The position numbers and the translations under genes were made by a program. Shown piece after piece: positions 1 through 9,733 of a stretch of DNA of 64,000 bases. Under the pieces are notes generated by a model. That model worked only from the letters and a program-made list of their open reading frames with translations. It did no database searches and was not told the origin of the DNA. Source of the DNA: Oscillospiraceae bacterium (GTDB lineage: Bacteria; Bacillota; Clostridia; Oscillospirales; CAG-272); the NCBI GenBank assembly GCA_015065135.1, contig SVQY01000007.1, forward strand, positions 2,216 to 66,215, given 5' to 3'. Every line of letters starts with the position of its first letter. Within the stretch, counting starts at the first letter, position 1.

Positions 1-717
1 CGCGTAGTCCTTTTTTAAATGGCACCAGAAGCGCCATGCGAGCGAAAACTCGCCCGTTTCCTTATTGTATCGGTATTGCTTTGCAAAGCCCTCCCAATCC
101 TCAAGGGGATGCAGGAAGGTGGAATGCGCCATACCGAGCGGATCAAAAATATGCGCCTTTACATAGTTTTCAAATTTTTCGCCGGAAAGCACCTCGATAA
201 GGGCGCCCAGCACGTCATGGGAAAGGCCGTATTTCCAGCCCTCGCCCGGTTCAAACTCCAGGGGTGTCCTTGCAAACATATTAACCGTCTCCACCGTGGG
301 GCAGTTGTTGCCCGGGATGCTGTAGTACGCCTCCAGCTCGGGGGTGTGCATACTGTAGCCCATGCCCGAGGTCATTCGGAAAAGATCCTTGATCTTGATG
401 GAATTTTTCGCTTTTTCGATACCGTTTTCTGTTTTTACGGTCATTTCACGAAAAGCGGGCAGGTAATCGGCCAGATCGTCCTCCAGCGAAAACATCCCCT
501 TTTCCCACAGCTGCATCGCCGCCGCGCAGGTGATCAGCTTGGAGCAGGAATACACGTGATATTTCTCCTTGCCCTGCACGGGGATCTTGTTTTCAAGGTC
601 AGCATATCCCCCCATATGCCGCAGAATGCATTCCCCGTCCTTATAAACGATCAGGTCGAAGCCGGGAATACCCATGTCCAGAAAATGTTGGCACAGTGCT
701 TTCGTTTGTTCAAACAT
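1..717 (-). CDS. Serine hydrolase, beta-lactamase/class C-like family (3' part runs off the window)
   Basis: Not in the ORF track. Manual translation from ATG 717 (RBS GGAGGTG) gives MFEQTKALCQHFLDMGIPG...YSCSK (SxxK)...LEFEPGEGWKY...IFDPLGM, open to position 1. Confidence 0.85.
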   Translation of the reverse strand, partial: MFEQTKALCQHFLDMGIPGFDLIVYKDGECILRHMGGYADLENKIPVQGKEKYHVYSCSKLITCAAAMQLWEKGMFSLEDDLADYLPAFREMTVKTENGIEKAKNSIKIKDLFRMTSGMGYSMHTPELEAYYSIPGNNCPTVETVNMFARTPLEFEPGEGWKYGLSHDVLGALIEVLSGEKFENYVKAHIFDPLGMAHSTFLHPLEDWEGFAKQYRYNKETGEFSLAWRFWCHLKKDYA

Positions 718-736
718 AGGATCACCTCCGACACTC

Positions 737-765
737 ATTATAAATCAAAACGTTTCTAAAGTCAA
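737..765 (-). promoter_or_regulatory. Sigma-A-type promoter for the serine hydrolase
   Basis: TTGACT-17 bp-TATAAT on the minus strand. Confidence 0.6.
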
Positions 766-792
766 TATGCATCTAAAGCTTAGACGATTACG

Positions 793-820
793 CCAAAAGG
801 CACCCCGTGGGTGCCTTTTG
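793..820 (-). terminator. Rho-independent terminator downstream of exoA
   Basis: CAAAAGGCACCC-cgt-GGGTGCCTTTTG inverted repeat with T tracts. Confidence 0.7.
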
Positions 821-1002
821 CTTTGTCAGATCTATTCTATTTCATCGGGATCGGGCAAGAAGAAAATTCGGCACGGGTAACCCGTTTAGTCGCCTGACGG
901 TATGAGTTTACCATCATCGCGGCTTGACTTCTTGGATGAGAAGTCGGCTTGAGCCAACCCTTGACCGTCTGTCGATTCGGGCACAAAAGTATCTTGTCAC
1001 CG

Positions 1003-1761
1003 TCACCGCCGATCGGTCAGTTCAATGCCCACGGGACAGTGATCGCTGCCCATGATCTCACCAAGGATAAAGCTATCCTTGACCATGGGAAACAGGCGCT
1101 CGGAGACCACAAAATAGTCGATCCGCCACCCTACATTCTTTTCCCTCGCCTTCATCATATAGCTCCACCAGGAATATGCCACCGTTTCCGGATATAAGGT
1201 GCGGAACGTGTCGAGAAAACCGCAGTTCAGAAGCTCTGAAAACTTGCCGCGCTCCTCATCCGAAAAGCCCGCGCTATGGTGGTTGCTCTGGGGGTTTTTG
1301 AGGTCGATGGGCGCGTGCGCCACGTTCAGGTCTCCGCAGTACACCACAGGCTTGTGGCGATCCAGCTCCTGAATATATCCGCGCAACGCATCCTCCCAAG
1401 CCATTCGATAGGAAAGACGCGCCAGCTCACGCTGGGCATTGGGTGTGTAGACACAAAGCAGATAAAAATCCTCGTATTCCAGCGTAATGGCGCGCCCCTC
1501 GGTATCATGCTCCGGGATGCCGATGCCATAGCGCACCGAAAGCGGCTCGCGCTTTGTGAAAACGGCCGTGCCGGAATAGCCCTTCTTCTCGGCGCTGTAC
1601 CAATACTGATGATAGCCCTCCGGGCAGAATTCCGCCTGCCCCGGCTGCATTTTTGTTTCCTGAATGCAGAAGATATCCGCATCCGCAGCAGAGAAAAATT
1701 CCGCAAAGCCCTTGCCAAGGCAAGCGCGAAATCCGTTCACGTTCCAAGAAATTAGCTTCAT
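1003..1761 (-). CDS. exoA: Exodeoxyribonuclease III / AP endonuclease
   Basis: SWNVNG, QETK, GYSGTA, GDLNVAH, WRIDYF and SDHCP motifs. Confidence 0.95.
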   Translation of the reverse strand: MKLISWNVNGFRACLGKGFAEFFSAADADIFCIQETKMQPGQAEFCPEGYHQYWYSAEKKGYSGTAVFTKREPLSVRYGIGIPEHDTEGRAITLEYEDFYLLCVYTPNAQRELARLSYRMAWEDALRGYIQELDRHKPVVYCGDLNVAHAPIDLKNPQSNHHSAGFSDEERGKFSELLNCGFLDTFRTLYPETVAYSWWSYMMKAREKNVGWRIDYFVVSERLFPMVKDSFILGEIMGSDHCPVGIELTDRR

Positions 1762-1828
1762 AACGGTCTCCTTCTTATCACTTTCGCATTGTTTATATTA
1801 TACCATACGACCTCATATTTCGCAATAG

Positions 1829-1867
1829 AAAAAAGCCGCCGCTGCGAAATGCAGCGGCGGCTTTTTT
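1829..1867 (-). terminator. Terminator of the glycan operon
   Basis: AAAAAAGCCGCCGCTGC-gaaat-GCAGCGGCGGCTTTTTT directly after the stop of the GT2 gene. Confidence 0.8.
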
Positions 1868-2814
1868 TATTTCTCACCCTCTTGATGGTAGTGCACTTCT
1901 TCACGCACCACATATTGCGGAGAATTATTGATACACATATAAATGCGTCCAACATACTCGCCAATCAGTCCAAGCATTACCAGAGTAATACCACCCAATA
2001 TCAAAACAATGCCGATCAAGGAGCTCCAACCCTCCGGCGCTTGATTGGAAACGAAGTACATTACGATAACGTAAATGAGATACAAAGCGCCTACTATTGC
2101 GGAAAAGATACCGGCATGCGAGGCTACACGCAAGGGCTTGACAGAAAACGATGTAAAGCCATTCACCCACAAACTGATCAGCTTTTTCAGTGTATAACCG
2201 GAAGCACCATTTGCACGCTCACGGTGATTGATCTCCACATTGGCAATACGTTTGGTAGAACGCAGCACCAACCCGATCACATAAGGAAAAGAACCTTGAT
2301 AGTTCTTGATCTCATCAATCACATATCGACGGGCTGCAAAATAACTGGAAATGAACAGATCCTTCGGTTTGCCCAGCATCGTCTCAGTCATCTTGGCGTT
2401 GACTTTGCTGCCCCAATTGCGAAAACCGGAATGCTTTTTCTGCGCATATTTGGCGTATACCACATCAAAGCCTTCCTCGATCTTATCCAAAAGCTTACCC
2501 ACCTCGGAAGCAGGCGTCTGTCCGTCATCGTCCAAGCTGACCACAATATCACCCTTAGCATAGCGATATCCTGCCATCAAGGCGGCGTGCTGGCCAAAAT
2601 TTTTGGCCATATCTACACCAACAATATCTTCTCCCTCGTTTGCCAATTGGCGGATCACCTCAAACGTATTATCAGGCGAGCAATCATTGATCAAAACGAT
2701 TTCGTGTGTATATCGATCACTCAGCGTCATCATCGCTTCACGGATCTCTTCCACAACGGCAGGAAGCGTTTCCGCAGATCGATAGCACGGGATCACAAAG
2801 CTTATTTTTTTCAT
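1867..2814 (-). CDS. GT2 polyprenyl-phosphate glycosyltransferase (GtrB/ArnC-like)
   Basis: VIPCY, NDCSPD, NFGQHAALMAG, DDDGQTP, two C-terminal TM helices, GEYVGRIY. Confidence 0.9.
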   Translation of the reverse strand: MKKISFVIPCYRSAETLPAVVEEIREAMMTLSDRYTHEIVLINDCSPDNTFEVIRQLANEGEDIVGVDMAKNFGQHAALMAGYRYAKGDIVVSLDDDGQTPASEVGKLLDKIEEGFDVVYAKYAQKKHSGFRNWGSKVNAKMTETMLGKPKDLFISSYFAARRYVIDEIKNYQGSFPYVIGLVLRSTKRIANVEINHRERANGASGYTLKKLISLWVNGFTSFSVKPLRVASHAGIFSAIVGALYLIYVIVMYFVSNQAPEGWSSLIGIVLILGGITLVMLGLIGEYVGRIYMCINNSPQYVVREEVHYHQEGEK

Positions 2815-3344
2815 ACCGTCTCCTCCCGAATAATAGCCATTCTGGTTACATCGCAGAATTTTCCATCCACAAAAATATCATCCTTCAAAACGCCCTCGAT
2901 CTCAAATCCCGCCTTTTCGTAGCTACGGATCGCACGCTGATTATCCGAAATAACACGAAGATACAGCTTGTGCAAGCCTAGCTCCTCGAAGGCAAAACGG
3001 ATGGCCAGCTTAGCAGCATCGGTGCCGCATCCCTTACCAAGTGCTACATGCTCACCAATAAAAATGCCGTATTCTGCGTTTTTGTGCACGGGATCAATGC
3101 TTTGCATATACACCGAGCCGATCGGCATATCGTTTTCGCGCATATAAATGATAAATTGTGCTACTTTTCCGGTTTTGACCTTGGTCTCTAACCAATTCAG
3201 ATGTTCGGCAGGTGTAATATCCTGTCTATAAATAAAATATTGCTTGACTGCCTCGCTATTTCGCCAACGCAGCACCATTTCGGTGTCCGCCTCAGTGATC
3301 GGACGCAAATAGATGTTTTCGGTATATAACTCCATTATGCTCAC
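2811..3344 (-). CDS. GNAT amino-sugar N-acetyltransferase (PseH/RimJ-like)
   Basis: WRNS, AEYGIFIGE, GKGCGT, NQRAIRSYEKAGF; overlaps the rffA stop. Confidence 0.8.
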   Translation of the reverse strand: MSIMELYTENIYLRPITEADTEMVLRWRNSEAVKQYFIYRQDITPAEHLNWLETKVKTGKVAQFIIYMRENDMPIGSVYMQSIDPVHKNAEYGIFIGEHVALGKGCGTDAAKLAIRFAFEELGLHKLYLRVISDNQRAIRSYEKAGFEIEGVLKDDIFVDGKFCDVTRMAIIREETV

Positions 3345-4471
3345 ACCTCAAAAAAAGCTTTGACCGCTTCGCAGATCTGTGCCACATCTGCAGCGCTGAT
3401 GCCATAATACATCGGCAGTCGCACCAAACGATCGCTTTCTGCGGTAGTGTACTGATCTACTCCATCAAAACGACCAAATTTGAGGCCAGCCGGTGCACTA
3501 TGCAAGGGTACGTAATGGAACACCGCCATAACTCCCTTCTCTTTCAAAAAGCGGATCAGCGCGGTGCGCTCCTCGAGATCTTTACACTTGAGGTAGAACA
3601 TATGTGCGTTATGCACGCAGTCCGCAGGAATGGTCGGCAGCGTGACCTTGCCCGCCTTCTCCAGGGGAGCAAATGCCTCGTGATAGGCATTCCAGGTGGC
3701 CAGACGGTCGTTGTTGATCTCATCCGCCTTCTCCAGCTGCGCCCACAGGTAAGCAGCATTCATATCGCTGGGCAGATAGCTATCGCCAAAATCCACCCAG
3801 GTGTATTTATCCACCTGACCGCGGAAAAACTTAGCGCGGTTGGTGCCCTTTTCGCGCAAAATCTCGGCGCGCTCATTATAGGCAGGATCGTTGATGACCA
3901 ATGCTCCGCCCTCGCCCATAGAATAGTTTTTCGTCTCGTGGAAGGAATAGCATCCAAAATCACCGATAGTGCCGAGCGGACGGCCCTTATAGGTGCTCAT
4001 CACGCCCTGCGCGGCATCCTCCACGACCTTCAGACCGTGCTTTTTGGCGATGGCCATGATGGTATCCATCTCACAAGCCACGCCCGCATAGTGCACCGGC
4101 ACGATCACCCTGGTCTTTTCGGTAATAGCTGCCTCAATCTTTGTCTCGTCAATGTTCATCGTATCGGGGCGAACGTCAACGAACACCAGCGTTGCGCCGG
4201 CCAGCACAAAGGCAGTCGCCGTGCTGGAAAAGGTAAAGCTGGGCAGGATCACCTCGTCACCGGGCTTCAGATCACACATCAAAGCAGCCATATCCAGTGC
4301 GGTGGTGCCGCTAGTGGTCAGCAGGACCTTCTGCGCACCAAAGCGCTCCTCAAACCATTGATTGCAGCGTTTGGTAAACTGACCGTCGCCACAGATCTTG
4401 TGCGCGTCGATCGCTTGCTTTACGTAATCAAGCTCGGTGCCCACGTACGGGGGAATATTAAAATAGATCAT
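3341..4471 (-). CDS. rffA: dTDP-4-amino-4,6-dideoxygalactose transaminase
   Basis: GDGQFT, EDAAQG, SFHETKN (PLP Lys), EKGTNR, QVDKYTW, VFHYVPLHS, typical of WecE/RffA. Confidence 0.9.
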   Translation of the reverse strand: MIYFNIPPYVGTELDYVKQAIDAHKICGDGQFTKRCNQWFEERFGAQKVLLTTSGTTALDMAALMCDLKPGDEVILPSFTFSSTATAFVLAGATLVFVDVRPDTMNIDETKIEAAITEKTRVIVPVHYAGVACEMDTIMAIAKKHGLKVVEDAAQGVMSTYKGRPLGTIGDFGCYSFHETKNYSMGEGGALVINDPAYNERAEILREKGTNRAKFFRGQVDKYTWVDFGDSYLPSDMNAAYLWAQLEKADEINNDRLATWNAYHEAFAPLEKAGKVTLPTIPADCVHNAHMFYLKCKDLEERTALIRFLKEKGVMAVFHYVPLHSAPAGLKFGRFDGVDQYTTAESDRLVRLPMYYGISAADVAQICEAVKAFFEV

Positions 4472-4499
4472 TTTTCTTCCTTTCTATCATCCGGACACT

Positions 4500-6260
4500 T
4501 TAAGATAATGGTGTGATCACGGCGTTGGATACATCCCAAAAGAAAACATATACCCAATATTCGCCGTCGCTGATCGGATATATCTCCGGCATACGATTCA
4601 CAGTCCCGTTGGGTTCTTCCAAATAGTATGGGGCATTTATCCAGTTCTGTGCAAAAACATAACACCTGGCATTTATTTCATCCCACACAATAACACTATC
4701 TTCTCTGACATCCAAATACAGTTGGGGTAAATCGTCCCCTTCTGAAATATTTACAAAATCAACCTGTATATCATACAATGCGGCATATCGCTCCCAATAT
4801 CCGTCATGTATAGCCAACAAATTTCTTGTTTGATAGATCGTGTTTGATTGTACACGCTGATTGTGACAGACCCGGATCGTGTCGGTCTCAAAAACACCTT
4901 CTATCATTTCAAGCCGCTGATAATCCTCGGCTTGTACACGCCCAACTACATTATTAAACGCCTGTTGTGGAATCAGAACGAGGCCTATACAAATGCAAAT
5001 CAATGCCGCCCCTGCAAAACGCACTTTTTTCAAGGCATATTGAACAAGGCAACACAACAGCGCAATGATAATAATTGCTGCAGCATATAAAAAATAACTA
5101 ACCGGTAATGACGTGAACGACGATGAATTGACGGCTCCTTGATACATAGTAGAAACGGCATTCGGTAACGAAGGGAGAACCATATACACAAGGCACACGG
5201 CAATACCGATCAAATAAAGCCACCAGTTCTTCTTTTCGGTTTTTTGAGCCGCAAAGTAAAAGATAGAAACACCTGCACCAAGCACAACGAAAAGCAAGCC
5301 GAGGCTTAACAGGCTTTGTGCATTCAGCAGTCCGCCATTGTACAGTTCCATCTGATATTGAGCAACATCGTTTAAACAGTAATATCCCGGAATTGCGGAC
5401 ACAAACAAGGTTTTGATAATTTCAAAGGAACTGGAAAAAGATACGAAGCCAATCTGATTACCCGAATACGCCGTGGGAAAGAGTGCCGTCAAACCAAAAT
5501 ATAAAGCCACATAGGCCACGGCTGTAACAATATGCCAGACACAGGCCTTTACCATATTTAAGAAGGAAAGCCTTTCCTTGGTTTGATAACATCGGTAAAT
5601 ATACACAAGTGGGAATAAGAACGAATAGACAATCAAAAATTCATATCCGCACATTGCCAGGAAAAACAAAATAGCTGAACAAGCAACATTGCGTTTGGAA
5701 TGCTTAGAATGATCCAAACAACTCATATAGCATAACAGCGAGCCTTGCAAAAAAAGCATTGGTATAGCAACCAAAGGCGTAAAAGCCGCAGGTGCCGCAT
5801 GTTGAAAGGTAAGCGGCATTAAAACCACGAACAAAAATGCTGTCAGAAAAGAAAGCGTCTTATTTTTGCAAAGCCTATATAACACATACCCCAATAAAAC
5901 GGCATTTACCACAATCAAAAAGGCACAGATGCATCTGTTGAAAAACATATTGTCGCTTAAAAAGCCTAAGTATCGCCAATCAGCTAAAAGCCCCAACAAT
6001 CTTCCCTTTTCAAAGTGCACCTTTGTGTTTTCCCAAACAAGATGCCAAAAACCAATTTTACGATCAAAGCGATTCTGCAACTCATCATTTAATGTCACGC
6101 CTTGACCTAGCATCGGCCATAATGCCGCAACCATAGCGATCAAAGCAAGAATATAAACGGCTCCTTTTATTGGTGTGATTTGCTTAATCTTTTCACGCAC
6201 TTTTTTCCATTGAAGGGCAAAAAAAGACTCTCGTTTATCATTTGTTTTTTCTTCTGTCAT
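4500..6260 (-). CDS. Multi-pass membrane protein, probable GT-C (GtrII-like) glycosyltransferase
   Basis: More than 10 TM segments, early NDE acidic motif and GR motif, YE after a TM, soluble C-terminal tail; AT-rich; context of a GtrB-like gene. Confidence 0.55.
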   Translation of the reverse strand: MTEEKTNDKRESFFALQWKKVREKIKQITPIKGAVYILALIAMVAALWPMLGQGVTLNDELQNRFDRKIGFWHLVWENTKVHFEKGRLLGLLADWRYLGFLSDNMFFNRCICAFLIVVNAVLLGYVLYRLCKNKTLSFLTAFLFVVLMPLTFQHAAPAAFTPLVAIPMLFLQGSLLCYMSCLDHSKHSKRNVACSAILFFLAMCGYEFLIVYSFLFPLVYIYRCYQTKERLSFLNMVKACVWHIVTAVAYVALYFGLTALFPTAYSGNQIGFVSFSSSFEIIKTLFVSAIPGYYCLNDVAQYQMELYNGGLLNAQSLLSLGLLFVVLGAGVSIFYFAAQKTEKKNWWLYLIGIAVCLVYMVLPSLPNAVSTMYQGAVNSSSFTSLPVSYFLYAAAIIIIALLCCLVQYALKKVRFAGAALICICIGLVLIPQQAFNNVVGRVQAEDYQRLEMIEGVFETDTIRVCHNQRVQSNTIYQTRNLLAIHDGYWERYAALYDIQVDFVNISEGDDLPQLYLDVREDSVIVWDEINARCYVFAQNWINAPYYLEEPNGTVNRMPEIYPISDGEYWVYVFFWDVSNAVITPLS

Positions 6261-6280
6261 CTCGAATCTCCTTTGCTATA

Positions 6281-7402
6281 TCAATGCTCTTTCGCTTTAG
6301 GATCCCTGCCCTTTAATGCCCACTTTTTACCTAACAAAATGTTGACATACGGAATCATCATAAGAACTTTCCATACACCAATACAGAACAATAGCGAAAC
6401 AACCGAATAAAAGAACCAACACCAACCGTGCGCCTGCGCGCTTGCAGGTAATAAAAACGCTTGGGTATCTTGTAGTGTAGTAATTTTAAATAGACACAAC
6501 AAAAGAGTTGCAATTTTAAATCCGATAAAATGGAAGAATAGCACACCAAGCGTTGAACTACCGACCACGCAGAAGGGCTTTGTGATCTTAGGGCCAAGTC
6601 TGCCGATCAGCTCGGAAATACCAAAAACAAATAAAATACCACCAATCGGCACAAAAAACGTCATCCATACATTTGGATAGACACGGGAGGGATAATCAAC
6701 CGTTGCGCCGCCCGCGACCTTGCCGCCAAGCCATTTTGCAACAAACATCCATAGCCCGGCAACAGCATAAATGGCATAACACCATTTTTGCTTTCGAAGC
6801 CATTCCAAAGCATTGCATTTGCTCAGAAAAACACCCATACCAAAAAACACTTGGCCAATAAGTGCCATATCGAAGCAAAATGTTTGTCTATACCCGTTCT
6901 TTTGCAGATAATAACCAATAAGATATACGACAACCGTAGCAACCGCATAAACCGCAATGTGCGCCTTTTCGGTTGCTTTCCAGATCAAACGCTGAATAAT
7001 GAACACAAAGAAAAGTGCAATCAAGAACCATGCGGCACCCAGCATAGGGTCCGTGATACCGTGTATCAAAAAATTTTTGATACACGTCAATATACTGACC
7101 GCGCCATCCTTGAATGTGATATCCGGGGAAAAAATGGCAATTATTGCACGTACACATCCGATCCCCACCACCATACTCAACAACGGCAACAATAACGTCC
7201 TGGCTTTATCAATAACAACACTTTCCAAATCTTTCTTCCAGATCTTGGAGGTGTATCCACTGATGAAGAAAAACGCCGCCATATGAAATTGATATATATA
7301 ATGATTGAAAAGTCCCGTTGCGTGACCGACTACCACCAAAATAATGCAAATTGCCTTATATACATCGATCCATATGATCCGTTGCTTGGCTGCCTGTTCC
7401 AT
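6281..7402 (-). CDS. Acyltransferase family 3 (O-acetyltransferase)
   Basis: RIIWID..K...I.LVVVGH, FHMAAFFFISGY, WFL.ALF; about 10 TMs. Confidence 0.9.
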   Translation of the reverse strand: MEQAAKQRIIWIDVYKAICIILVVVGHATGLFNHYIYQFHMAAFFFISGYTSKIWKKDLESVVIDKARTLLLPLLSMVVGIGCVRAIIAIFSPDITFKDGAVSILTCIKNFLIHGITDPMLGAAWFLIALFFVFIIQRLIWKATEKAHIAVYAVATVVVYLIGYYLQKNGYRQTFCFDMALIGQVFFGMGVFLSKCNALEWLRKQKWCYAIYAVAGLWMFVAKWLGGKVAGGATVDYPSRVYPNVWMTFFVPIGGILFVFGISELIGRLGPKITKPFCVVGSSTLGVLFFHFIGFKIATLLLCLFKITTLQDTQAFLLPASAQAHGWCWFFYSVVSLLFCIGVWKVLMMIPYVNILLGKKWALKGRDPKAKEH

Positions 7403-7425
7403 AAAATCCTCTTATTCTCTCAATG

Positions 7426-8715
7426 TTATAACACTCTATCATCCACAAACTCCAGCAGGCTCTGGTACTGCGCGGTGGCGGCGCTCTCACCGGGGAGCAG
7501 GATGGGCGTGCAGCCGGCATTGATGCCGCATTGCACGTCGTTATCGCTATCGCCTACCATATAGGAGGCCGCAAGATCGATGTGGAAATCCTTTGCCGCC
7601 TGCAGCAGCATACCCGCCTTGGGCTTTCTGCACGCGCAGTCTATCTTCAGCTCGGGTATTTCACCCTCATACCCTTTGTGGGGATGATGCGGACAGTAAT
7701 AGATGGCATCCACATAGGCGCCCTCCTGCCCCAGCAGCGTTTCCAGCTTGTTGTGGATCTCCTGCAGCGCCTCGACCGTCACCTCGCCTCTGGCGATTAC
7801 CGGCTGATTGGTGACCACGATGGCAAGATAGCCGGATTCGTTGATCTTACGCACCGCCTCGGCAACGCCGGGCAGCAGCTCCAGCTCCTCGATATTGCGC
7901 AGAAAGCCCACGTAACGGTTCAGTGTACCGTCGCGATCCAAAAACACGCATTTCTGCGGATTGGACAGATTTTTGGCATGTACCTTGCCCGAGCGGATAT
8001 CCTCGGTGACCGCAAAAAAGCGATCCGGTGTACCCATATCCTTCACATATTCGGGGCTATCATATACGTACAGCTCGCCGGTGGGGATCAGGGGCTTAAG
8101 CACCTCCCTATCCAGATCCACCTTCTTCAGCTCACGGAAAAGACCCTGCTCAAAGACCTTGGGCGAGAAGAAATGCAGTCCCGCATTCACGCGGTTGCGA
8201 TACCACTCGCGCGGATCCTCCTTGTGTAACCAATTGGTCACCCTGCCCTCTTTATCTGCCATAATAATACCGCTATCGTACGGATGACTGTTGGGATGGG
8301 TAAAGAGGGTGGCCACACCGCCACGCGCCTTGTGGAAGCGATAGAAGCGCTCCACGTCGATATCAAAGATCACGTCGCCACACAGCAGCAGAAAATCATC
8401 GGTCAGCTGCTCCTTTAAGAGAAACAGCGCGCCGGCGGTGCCGAGCGGCTCGGTCTCGACCACATAGTCGATCCGCACGCCAAAGGGCTTACCGGTAGCG
8501 GGCGAAACACCGCTGCCGTCGCCAAAATAATCACGCACCACGTGACCCAGATGACCGATCACCAGGATCACGTCGTCATAGCCTTGATCGCGCAGACACT
8601 CCAATTGATACTCCAGGATAGGCTTTCCCAGAATGGGGATCATAGGCTTCGGCACCTCGGCATTGACCGAGGCGATACGGGTGCCCTTGCCGCCTGCCAT
8701 AATCACCGTTTTCAC
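7426..8715 (-). CDS. Fused heptose-1-phosphate guanylyltransferase (HddC) / heptose-bisphosphate phosphatase (GmhB)
   Basis: N-terminal MAGGKGTR..PKPM, EPLGTAG, DMGTP; C-terminal HAD FLDRDGT, TNQPVIARG, CPHH, C.CRKP, VGD. Confidence 0.88.
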   Translation of the reverse strand: MKTVIMAGGKGTRIASVNAEVPKPMIPILGKPILEYQLECLRDQGYDDVILVIGHLGHVVRDYFGDGSGVSPATGKPFGVRIDYVVETEPLGTAGALFLLKEQLTDDFLLLCGDVIFDIDVERFYRFHKARGGVATLFTHPNSHPYDSGIIMADKEGRVTNWLHKEDPREWYRNRVNAGLHFFSPKVFEQGLFRELKKVDLDREVLKPLIPTGELYVYDSPEYVKDMGTPDRFFAVTEDIRSGKVHAKNLSNPQKCVFLDRDGTLNRYVGFLRNIEELELLPGVAEAVRKINESGYLAIVVTNQPVIARGEVTVEALQEIHNKLETLLGQEGAYVDAIYYCPHHPHKGYEGEIPELKIDCACRKPKAGMLLQAAKDFHIDLAASYMVGDSDNDVQCGINAGCTPILLPGESAATAQYQSLLEFVDDRVL

Positions 8716-9719
8716 AGATTTTCACCTCTCGGAATATAGATTTCAGGGGTGTAGTGGATCACGCGGGTGCCCGCGTTTTCAAACTCAAAGGGAACGTGCA
8801 TCAGCTTGCGCAGCACGGTGAGCACTGCGGGCTGCTTTTCCTCGGGCACATAAAAGAGCAGGAAGCCACCACCACCGGCGCCCAACAGCTTGCCGCCGAG
8901 CGCGCCTACGGAAAGCGCCTTTTCATAAAGCTCGTCGATCTCGTCGGTGGAAACGCGGCCACCGGTCTGGCGCTTCAGTCGCCAACTCTGATCCAGCAAA
9001 CGACCGAAATCATCCAGATCGCTCTGGCGGTCGATCAGCACCTTTTCGGCCTCGTCCACCAGCGCGTACATCTCCTTTAGCTGCGCGGTCTTTTCCTCCA
9101 TCGTCTTGGAGGCCTGTTGAATTTCAGAAGAAAAGCGCACAAAGCCGGTAAAGAACAGGAGCAGATTGCGGTTGAGCTTATTCTTTCGCTCGGGGGAGAT
9201 GATGATGGGCTGCACGTCAAAGCTGTCACCGTGGAAATTGATGCGATTGAGACCGCCATAGGAGGCAGCGATCTGGTCCTGCCAGCCGCCCGCCTCATTG
9301 CAAAGCACACGCTCCAGATAGATGGCCTCGCGCGCCAGGCGCTGCTTGTCGGCAAACTTGCCCTTCAGGGTATGGAAGGCGTTCAGCATACCGACCGCAA
9401 AGGAAGAGCTGGTGCCGAGGCCGGTCCTTGCCGGCAGGTCTGCCTCATAGGTCAGACGAATATCGTGCATATCCAACATCCGCATTCCCTCTCGGATCGC
9501 GGGATGGTCGATCTCATCCACCTGCACCACACGCTCGATCTGAGAATAGGAAAGCTCTGAGTGATAGTCGAAAAACGGCGGCAAATGGCGCACGTTCACG
9601 TAGCAATACTTGTCAAATGTGGTAGAAAGCACGGCTCCGCCGTGTTCTCGGAAGAAATCGGGCATATCGGTTCCGCCACCGAAAAAGGACATACGAAACG
9701 GTGTTTTGGTGATGATCAT
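8712..9719 (-). CDS. hddA: D-glycero-alpha-D-manno-heptose-7-phosphate kinase (GHMP family)
   Basis: TPFRMSFFGGGTD, P.RTGLGTSS, GWQDQ, GGKLLGAGGGG. Confidence 0.88.
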   Translation of the reverse strand: MIITKTPFRMSFFGGGTDMPDFFREHGGAVLSTTFDKYCYVNVRHLPPFFDYHSELSYSQIERVVQVDEIDHPAIREGMRMLDMHDIRLTYEADLPARTGLGTSSSFAVGMLNAFHTLKGKFADKQRLAREAIYLERVLCNEAGGWQDQIAASYGGLNRINFHGDSFDVQPIIISPERKNKLNRNLLLFFTGFVRFSSEIQQASKTMEEKTAQLKEMYALVDEAEKVLIDRQSDLDDFGRLLDQSWRLKRQTGGRVSTDEIDELYEKALSVGALGGKLLGAGGGGFLLFYVPEEKQPAVLTVLRKLMHVPFEFENAGTRVIHYTPEIYIPRGENL

Positions 9720-9733
9720 AACTCAAATTCCTT

